A stretch of DNA of 64,000 bases from Lama glama (taxonomy: Eukaryota). A program made the translations under genes and the position numbers. Under the pieces are notes generated by a model. That model was not told where the DNA came from. It saw nothing but the letters and a program-made list of their open reading frames with translations, and did not search any database. The stretch lies in assembly GCA_028534125.1 (NCBI GenBank), contig CM052818.1, positions 19,222,001 to 19,286,000 on the forward strand. The letters are read 5' to 3'. Below are positions 55,417 to 64,000 of this stretch, piece by piece; position 1 is the first letter of the stretch, and each line of letters begins with the position of its first letter.

Positions 55417-58244
55417 TCAGCCCACCTAGTTGAATTCTACATAAGTAACATTATTCATAGGATGAAATATTATCATTAAAAAAAATTGCCCAAGGAAAGC
55501 ACTGAACCAGTTAATAAAAAAATCAGAGAAATTTTTCCCAGACACACTTAAAAATGTCATTATGAATATCAGTCAGCAACTTACAGTAAATACAGCAATG
55601 ACTTTCAAAACAGTTATATTATCCTTTAATTTAGAAGGCAAAATATAAAGTCCAACTCAGCAAAAACAATTCTGGGGAGAGGAGAAAAATACACTGGTCT
55701 GGTGCATAATTCTGAAACAGCTCTTAAATCATCAGTCCAGTAGGATGTGCCAGCATAACTGGTCAGCACTGGGTTTTTAAAGCATTTGAATTTGAATGCT
55801 TACCAGTGTGAACAAGCACTCTCAGATCTACAAGCCCCACCACTCCCCATTACTTACGCAGGACTCCTTTGCACATCAAGGTTGCCTGCCTGGCCCAGGG
55901 TAGGGGAAACCAGGGCAATTCTGTCTTTTTATTGACACACTGAACAGGAACATACATTCATAACACTGGTGATTTCTTTAGAGTGGAAGGGTGAAGTGGC
56001 AAATGATGTGATTTCCCCTTCCCCCATGGCCTCCACTACTTCCATTACTAATCTACAGATAGGTGGCCTAACCACCAGGGTTATCTTCCAAAGATACTAT
56101 TTCTCTGAAAGTTTATGGGACACACTGGGTGGTAGTGCATTTGAGTCTTATTTACTGATAAGCATTCTAAGTACAGTACAGCTACTCTATGTTTCTGGTG
56201 AAGAGCTTGGCTGTGTGCTTTAAGTCTAAAAGTTGGGAAGACTGACCTGGTGTGAAATGAGGGGAAATGGAAGAGAAAGCTATCCAGCCTCCAAAGGGGA
56301 TAGAAGAAAAAACTCAGGTTGGTGCAAGAGTGTCCTCTTCAAGAATAATTTGGAGCCCCCACCTTCATTCGGCTGACAATGTGTCTACTACATGTGGGCA
56401 TTGTGCCATGTGCTGGGATTCAGAGGCAGAGACTCGTTAAGGCACAGTTGCTGCCCTCTCAGTCTATTGGCAATAGAGTAGAATAAATGCTGCATCTAGG
56501 GTAGGGAGAAAGTCCTAGGGCAGGGAACACTTAGGAGGGGCAGCTAACTACGCAGCCTTAACATGGGAGTTAAGAAAAAAATAGAAGAAAAGATGTCTTC
56601 TGACTTCTGACAGCAAAAGATAAGGAACTTTCTTTTTCAGCCACTCAGATTCCTTATCTATGTACTGAAGCTAGGTACTAACCCATCTCACCGGACATTA
56701 TTATAATAATGTATTACTAGTTGCTGAAGAGTAAGAGAAAAGTAGCTAAAAGGGTATGAGTAAGTTTAACTGCCAAAAGAATGAACCAGACAGAGAAAAC
56801 AGAAAACCATGTTTAAGAAAAGGAGCTGGGATCCAGACCCTGGCAAAAGGCTCATCTCTTCATTGGCACAAAAGGGAAGGAAAGAATAGGTACAGACGAA
56901 ATTAAAAAGAGTAGGTTCAAGAAATAACCCAAATGTCCATCAATCAGCAATACAGTATATCCATACAATATTATTTGGCAATAAAAAGGAATGAAGTACT
57001 GATGAACACTGAAAATACGAAGTGAAAGGAGCCAGTATTATAAGCAAATCTAGATAGAAAAATAAGCAGATTAATGGCTGCCTAGGTTTGGGAGGACTGG
57101 GAGGAAAGGGGAAGTGACTGCTCATGGGTACAGGGCTTCTCAAGACTCAAGAGAAATTTAGCCTCTCCTGTAATGCCTCTTTCAATGGCTCGTGTTTGGC
57201 AATCCTGCCCCTACGCCTCTTCCACAGCTTGCTACGGAGCATCATTCACAGTTCTTCACCTGGAATTGTAATTATTTCTGCCGCACTATCTACTAGGGTG
57301 AGATTCATAAAGGCGGGGGACACTGCCTTTTCATCTATGTACTCCCACTGCCCGTAAGCCTGCCTGACATAGCAGCACCCAATATATGTCTATCTAATGA
57401 ATGAAGTATCTTCTGTCAGTAACATCCCATCTGCATGCTGCAGAGGCAGGACTAGAAACCAAAACTCCTTACTCCTAGAATGTTCATTCTACTATCAAAA
57501 CGGAGCCAGGGAGAAAAGAGATCAACATAAAGCATCTAGAACATCTAACTCACCGCGGGTGAGCTTTCCTGGGAGGGATGATGCTGGAGAGATGGGAGTG
57601 TGTTATGAATGGCATTGAACGCCAAACTGAGGCACAGACATACATGACTAGCCCAACGTCACACAGGTAATAAGTGGAAGGGCCGCGACTTTAATCCAAA
57701 CAACCTGGCTCCAGAGTCCGAGGTCCTGACCACTCGGCAATACTGCCTATCAACAGTAGGCACTACAGGTCCCTGCGCTGAACAAGCGGTCTAAGTCACG
57801 TTTGCCCAACAGGCAAAATCACGTTAGTGACATAAACGGTCTCCCAAACCCTCTTCTATTCTAAATCTCACTCCTGGACTGGCGTTTGTGATAAGGAGGT
57901 TTGGCGATGTTTGTGATGAGATCCACAGGGCCAAGGCGGGGCCGAGAAGCAGACACCCCCGCAGACTGCTGGAAAATTAAATAGAACAATGTGTTAAAAC
58001 GCCTCGCACTAAGCCTGATGCGCAGTGATCGTTATCAGTTCCGATCCCAAGCAGCTACAGACAGACAGACTCAGGGCGGGCGGGGAGGGGGGGAGGGGGC
58101 TGTGGTGCAGCATTTGGCCAGGCTGGGACCGAGGCCAGCGCAGTGCCCCCAAGAGGCATCAACGTCCCCGCCGCCGTGCCTCCACTTCCTGAGAGGAACC
58201 ACTCCGCGGGGTCCCCACCGAGCCCGCGCCGTCCCTGCCCTCAC

Positions 58245-58455
58245 CTGCCGGCCCCATGTACTTGACCACCCCCTGGGTCTTGAACACCTCCCGGGCGGCC
58301 AGCAGCGCGTCCTCACTGTGCGCCGAGTAGAAGTCGCCTCGGTCGAAGAGGCGCACTGTGGTGGTCGGCTTCTCCGGCATGGCCTGGAAGAAGCGCACGA
58401 AGCCGAGCTCGGCCGCGCCATCCAGCTGCAGCGTCTCCTTCGGCAGCACCGCCAT
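58245..58455 (-). CDS. MSH2: MSH2 coding exon 1 (211 nt)
   Basis: Translates [71 protein letters not shown], the MSH2 N-terminus; ATG in GAAATGG context; donor CAG|GTGAGG. Confidence 0.98.
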
Positions 58456-58514
58456 TTCGGAACCTCCTCACCGCCTGCTTAAGAGAATTGCGCGACCCCG
58501 CACCCACTAAGCCG

Positions 58515-58683
58515 TTTCCCGCCTCCCCTCCCTCACCCCTGTGCGGCGTCCGGCCTCTGAGGAGACACCCAATCAGCACCCAGCGCTGCATTTCGGTGGG
58601 TGGGAGTGCGCCGCGACAGCCAATCGAAATCGGACGCGGCCCAGCTTCCCGCGCACGCTGGGGACTCTGTCTACTGCGCATGC
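58515..58683. promoter_or_regulatory. Proximal promoter motifs: E2F-like sites, two CCAAT (NF-Y) boxes, NRF1-like site
   Basis: TTTCCCGC 58515-58522; CCAAT 58569-58573 and 58620-58624; TTCCCGCG 58646-58653; TGCGCATGC 58675-58683. Confidence 0.7.
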
Positions 58684-60299
58684 TTGAGTCTAGGTCGCGC
58701 GCGGACCCTGGCGGACGCCCATCCTTAAGACTTCCATTCTCCGGGTTTTCTCGGCTGCATGGGCGTGGAACTCAGGTGGATGGATAGCTAAATTAGGAGA
58801 TCAGGTGGGATGTTCCTGCAGGTTTTGAGTTTATTGTGTACCGGGTAGCATGCGCGAAGTCAGAAAGACACCTTGAAAACAAGGAAGAACTTCCTCCCTA
58901 TCACAGTATTTTTAAAAAATCTGTGCCACTCTCTCCCCAGCCGCCTCCCCCCTTTTTTTTAAGCAAACTCCCGACATCAAGGTTACAGATTTCTTCTCCA
59001 TAACCTCCTTAGTGCTCCGTACTAGCTAATTCTCTCATATCGTCCATTCCTTGATCATTCATTAAAAATCATAAGGCCTGGTATGTTCCAGACGTCTAGG
59101 ATCTGAGGATCGCTAGTAAAGAAAAGCCAGTGCCTTTGTTGAACTTGCATTCTAATGAATGGATTCAGATAATATACTAAGTAAACTTATAGTAAGTAAA
59201 CTTTAAGCAAAATATATAGTAAGTAAATTTGTAAATAAACTGTTAGAAGATAAGTGTTTAGGTGAAGAATAAAGATGAAGGGTTGAATTTTTTTTAATGT
59301 TGAACAAAGACCTGAAGGAGGTCATGATACGTCCTGCAGTTACTTGCCTTAGAAAAGGTTTCTCCTGTTTTGTCTCACCCTCTCCCGATAAAAGCAGCCC
59401 CAAACCCTGATTTCGGCAGCAGAATTTCCCTGGGGGCTATTCAAAGGTGTTCCCGAGACCCACCCACACAAAATGGTTGGAATTTCAGAAGGTGGTGTAT
59501 TGGGATCTTTTAAGAAAGCTCCCTTCCTGACAACCAGCTTTATTGAGAAACCACTGGGTTACACGGTAGAATTCAAACAACTTCAGTGAACTTTTGAACC
59601 ATCTGACTGCGGACTACGTCTCCCACTGCCGAAAGTGCTCCTCCTCTCACAGAGTCTTTGATCTGGAGCGATAAACTACCCCTTCCCTTAACACGCCCAT
59701 GGCTCTAACAAAAATTTGTCCCTCTGCTCTGGAATGGCCTTCCCTGCCCTTTGTGTAGCAAACTCCTGGTCATCCTTGAATCCTTAGAATGAAGGATGCC
59801 CAGTTCCCTCAGGTGTAATTAGTTGTATTGTCTTCACCATTCCCATCTTATTCATATCTCTATTATAATATTGCTGCATTGTTTTAGAAATATCTGTTCA
59901 CCTATTTCTCTTACTAAACATCTGGAAAGTACACAGATGAGTATTTATATTTATTTATTATTAATACCAATGGATAATGTTCATTAGCATTTATTGTTTC
60001 GTTTCTTTATTCTTATATGTGCTTACTATTTTAATCTTTGCAACTTTGTTAGGAACTACTGTTGCTCTTAGTTTACAATGAGGAAACTAAAGCTTGGAGA
60101 TGTGAAGTAGTTTGCCGGGGATCACAGAGCTAATAGTGATAGAACTAGAGCTCTGTACACTTAGCCATCTGTGTGCCAGAGGGCCTGGCCCATATTAGGT
60201 GCACAGGAAATGTTTGTAAGTGAATGAGCTGTGCATCACAATAACCCCTTCTAGGCCATAACCTGGCCTTGAGTGTCATCCCATCTCTCCCTGTTCCTA

Positions 60300-60415
60300 T
60301 TTTTTTTAATTCTTTTGTTTTTTTAATTAAATAGAGGTACTGGGAATTGAACCCAGGACCTAGATGTATGCTAAGGACATGCTCTACCATTGAGCTATTA
60401 CTCACCCCTCTCCCC
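60300..60415 (-). mobile_element. tRNA-Ala-derived SINE
   Basis: GAGGTACTGGGAATTGAACCCAGGACC...CTCTACCATTGAGCTA preceded by a T-rich tail. Confidence 0.85.
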
Positions 60416-60702
60416 TTTTCCTGTTTCACATTCTAGTGAGTTCAGAGGGAGGCCGCATGTAATAATATCTACCTCCAGGGTTGGTGTCAGGATCAAATGA
60501 GGTAGAAGCTTTGAAAATATTTTGTAATCTTTTGTAAACAGCGTTTGTACTCTTTATTATCACATTGCCCCTACCCAGACTGTGTCTTTCACTTATTCAC
60601 TGAATTATTTATTTATCAATTGAGTCTATTAATTCTAAAAATAAAGAGAATACCTACCCCCCCACAAAAATTGTTTTAAAAAATTTAAATTAAAAAAAAA
60701 TG

Positions 60703-60867
60703 GTGGGGAGGGTATAGCTCAGTGGTAGCGTGCCTGCCTAGTATGCACGAGGTCCTGGGTTCAATCCCCAGTACCTCCATTAAGAAAATAAGTAAATAAA
60801 TAAATCTAATTACCTCCCTAACAGAAAAAAATTTTTTTAATAAATAAATTTTTTAATTAAAAAAAAA
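60703..60867 (+). mobile_element. tRNA-Ala-derived SINE (Vic-1-like)
   Basis: GGGGAGGGTATAGCTCAGTGGTAG...GAGGTCCTGGGTTCAATCCCCAGTACCTCCA with full tail. Confidence 0.9.
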
Positions 60868-62219
60868 GAGAGAGAATACCCAAACTTGCCCTGATCTGTC
60901 TGGAGAGTTAGGACCTAGACATATACTAGAGGACAAGTCAAAGTAATGGAATGTCGAAACATGTTTCTCAAGGCAATTTAAGAAAGACAGAGTTTACAGG
61001 GAGGGAGGTGGGGGCCTGCTAGTAGAGGGCTTGGGTTCATCTAGGTGAGGACAGTGGATTTTTCTCTGGTCTTTAAAGATGAACAAGATTTTTAAAATCC
61101 ACCCTAGATTATGAGCCAGACACCCCTCTTCAGGACATTTGTATACTTTAGATGCACAGCTCTGCTGATAGAGATGAATCTGCAGAGCGAAAGCCAAGTA
61201 GGAGAAACACCTTGGTTGCTCCTGGGCAGAGGGCCTTCGGGCCAGCTGTAGGAATACAATTTTATTGTATGCCCTTTTGTTCTGAGGAAGAACATGCATT
61301 TCAAACCTGAGCCTTGTAGTCTAGTATAAATAACTGCTCCTTTTGGGGAAGTTATTACCATTTCTGGTAGACTTTAATGGGCATGAAGTCTAGAAATTCA
61401 TCTAGAGGACTGTCAGCTTTGGCCGATGACAGTGCCTTTCACCAGACTTAAAACACTTCAGAGACTCTGCTTTATATTGAAACTAATAACAATGGACCCA
61501 ACATGCTTTTTTTCCTACTAAATGTCTTTGAAAAGAGAGACCTTTAAATTAGTCTGCTTAGAGACAAGCTTGAAGTAAAACTTTGAAACGTGCTTGCAAT
61601 TAATTTTATCTTTTTAAACCATGTACACAGATTAAATGTTTATGATAAATTTTAAAGTTATGCCTCTTATAGAAATTTCACATATTTTCTAGTTCTACCC
61701 AGGAAACCATGGATTTCTAAAAATAACAGACAAGAGGAATTATACAAAAATATAACTTAAAACATGGTATGATTGATAGGGTGCAATTAAATCATTACCC
61801 CAAAATGGTTGTTTTTAATATTCTCATATATTTTCCAAATTCATGATAATGACTATTTATAATCAGAATAAGTGTTGGGCAAAAAAGCATATGTATCTGA
61901 CAAAGAGGTTCCTCAAAGAAGTAAAAATTAAGATTTTAAAGTGATCAAAAATGGAAAAGTGTTTAGTAAATTTCAAAGTACTTAACTTAAAAGTAAATTA
62001 TTATTGTTAACTCAACTTTCTATGGTAATATACCAATGAGAAATTCATATTAAACTAATTTTGCCACCACTCTAGTTTCTAAAATTTTTGTAATGTGGTT
62101 GTATTAGTCCATTATTTAAAAAATGACAATAAGTAAAGTGCTGTCAACCATGTCAGAAGCTGCCGGTTCAGAGAAAGAAGGACTAAAAAGGGCCCTTGGA
62201 GTTGAGTATTAAGAAATCT

Positions 62220-63198
62220 TTTTCTTTTTTACAGTTTTATGGAGAAATAATTTATATACTGTACAATTCACCCATTTAAAGTATATAGTTCAGTGGTTTT
62301 CAGTGTTTTAACAGGGTTGAATAACCATCATTCCAATCTAATCTGAGAACGTTTTGTCACTCCAAATAGAAACCCCATACCCATTAGTAGTCACTCCATA
62401 TTTCCTCCTCCCCCTAGCTCCTGGCAAGCACAGATGAACTTTCTGTCTCTATAGATTTGCCTTTTCTGGATATTTCATATAACTGGAATCATATAATACA
62501 GGGCATTTAGTGACTGGCTTCTATCACTTAGCAAAATGCTTTTAAAGTTCATTCATGTCATAATATGTGTCAGTACTTCACTCCTTTTCATTACCAAATA
62601 TCATTATTTGGCTATAGCACATTTTATTTATTCATTCATCAGTTGGTAGACATTTGTTTCCGCTTTTTGACCATCATGAATAATGCCACTATGAACATTC
62701 ATTTACAAGTTCTTATGTGGACATACGCTTTTCTTTTGCTTGGATATATACCTAGAAGTGGGATTGCTGGATCATACTTTTAATATATGTTTAACTGTAA
62801 TCCTCATGTTAAACTATAACCCATATGTTTAATGAGCTATGTTTAACTTTTTGAAGAACTGCCAAACTGCTGCAACACTTTACATTCTCACCAGCAATGT
62901 ATGATGTTTCCAACTTTTCCACATCCTCACCCACACTTGTTACTGTCTGCCTGTTTGATTCTAGCCATCTTAGTGGGTATGACTGGTATCTTATTGTGGT
63001 TTTTATTTTCATTTCCCTAATGACTAATGATGTTGAGTATCTTTTCATGTGCTCTGTATGTTCTTCTGAGAAAATATTTGTAAATCATATATCTGACAAA
63101 GGGCTTGTATCCAGAATATATAAAGAAAATTTACATCTCAATAACAGAAAAATAAATAACCCAGTTTACAAGTGGGCAAAGGATCTGAGTAAGTCATT
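62220..63198 (-). mobile_element. L1 (L1MB-like) with 5' inversion, inserted into an L2 fragment
   Basis: Minus-strand L1 3' end at 62220-63066 joined to a plus-strand L1 segment at 63068-63198 (EKIFVNHISDKGLVSRIYKE). Confidence 0.8.
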
Positions 63199-63444
63199 GG
63201 TTTTTGAGAAAGCTGTTTGGTTGATGTGGACAAAAGAGGCTCTATGGATTAAAAATTTCATTCTGAAAACAAGACGTACTAGTTCTATTTAAGAAGTTTG
63301 GTAAGAAATAAAAAGAGAGAGGAATGGCTGCCTGTTAGGCAGGCAGAGTCAGCAGGAATTTTTAGAGGGGTAGGGGGGACATATTTTAGGATGATGGAAA
63401 TAACTGTGAAATTTTGTTGTATCTACAGAAAGTGTTGTGTTTAC

Positions 63445-63950
63445 TGAGGAGGGAAAACTTTTCCTCTACTCTCTTTGATTCAGTGACTGGGAGTATGTGA
63501 ATTAAACTAACAAAAGACAGATTAATGGGGGGAAAGGCACACAATTTTTATTAATATTTACATGCACAGGAGTTCACAAAAAAGTAAATCTCAAAGAATC
63601 AGACTCAGGGTCTTATATACCCTCTTAACAAAGGAAAGAGGATTTGGGCTTCAAAAGACGATAAATTGTGGGGACATAACTAGGAAATATATGGGAGAAC
63701 TATTGGAAGATAAGGGCTGTTTTTGTAAGGTCTGATTATGCAAACTCATCTCACTGTCAACTCTCCCTCTCTGGTGATGGTTCAGGGGAAACACGTTCAC
63801 AAAGGGAAATGTATGCCCTGCTTTTAGGCAGATAAGGGGAGGGCAGAGAACTCTTTATCCATCTGTTGATTCCCAGTTGCCTTTAGCTCAAAATAATCCT
63901 TATGCCAAAGTGCTATAACATTTGGGGGTGGCATAGCCTGATTCCCTTCA
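63445..63950 (-). mobile_element. MER34-like ERV1 solo LTR
   Basis: AGCTCAAAATAATCCTTATGCCAAAG and CTGCTTTTAGGCAGATAAGGGGAG are reverse complements of motifs in the 38042 LTR; TG...CA ends. Confidence 0.7.
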
Positions 63951-64000
63951 TGTTGAAAGAAGAAAAGCTGCTGAGGCTAAAAGATTAAGAGAGGTTTCAT

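Larger units (their letters stand above)
57940..58770 (-). promoter_or_regulatory. MSH2: CpG island / TATA-less MSH2 promoter and 5' UTR
   Basis: Abrupt GC- and CpG-rich segment in an AT-rich window, spanning exon 1; 5' UTR GGCGGGAAACGGCTTAGTGGGTGCGGGGTCGCGC resembles the human MSH2 5' UTR as recalled. Confidence 0.9.

Noticed and set aside
57991..58787. Long ORFs overlapping or antisense to exon 1 (163, 116, 122 and 99 aa)
   Set aside because: Stop-codon scarcity is expected in a GC-rich CpG island; the ORFs are low-complexity R/P/G/A-rich with no recognisable domain
58800..64000. EPCAM 3' exons or another upstream gene
   Set aside because: Only repeats and AT-rich sequence are recognisable; no exon-like peptide was found

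Overview
This is mammalian genomic DNA containing most of the mismatch-repair gene MSH2 on the minus strand. The host is probably a camelid, inferred from a recurrent tRNA-Ala-derived Vic-1-type SINE and the lack of Alu or Bov-A/tA elements. The window holds the CpG-island promoter (about 57.9-58.8 kb) and coding exons 1-13, from the ATG at 58455 to the exon 13 end at 1040. All exons have GT-AG boundaries and the human exon lengths (211, 155, 279, 147, 150, 134, 200, 110, 124, 151, 98, 246, 205 nt), giving one open frame with the Walker A motif GPNMGGKST. Exons 14-16 lie beyond position 1. The introns and upstream region are filled with SINEs, L1/L2 LINEs, ERV solo LTRs and DNA transposons, and there is a 100-N assembly gap at 15104-15203. 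I found no convincing new biological system. The best leads are lineage-specific splice-site, microsatellite and amino-acid differences in MSH2, a young sense-oriented L1 with a poly(A) signal just after exon 8, and several informative retrotransposition structures. Repeat family names and human comparisons are from recall, not database searches.
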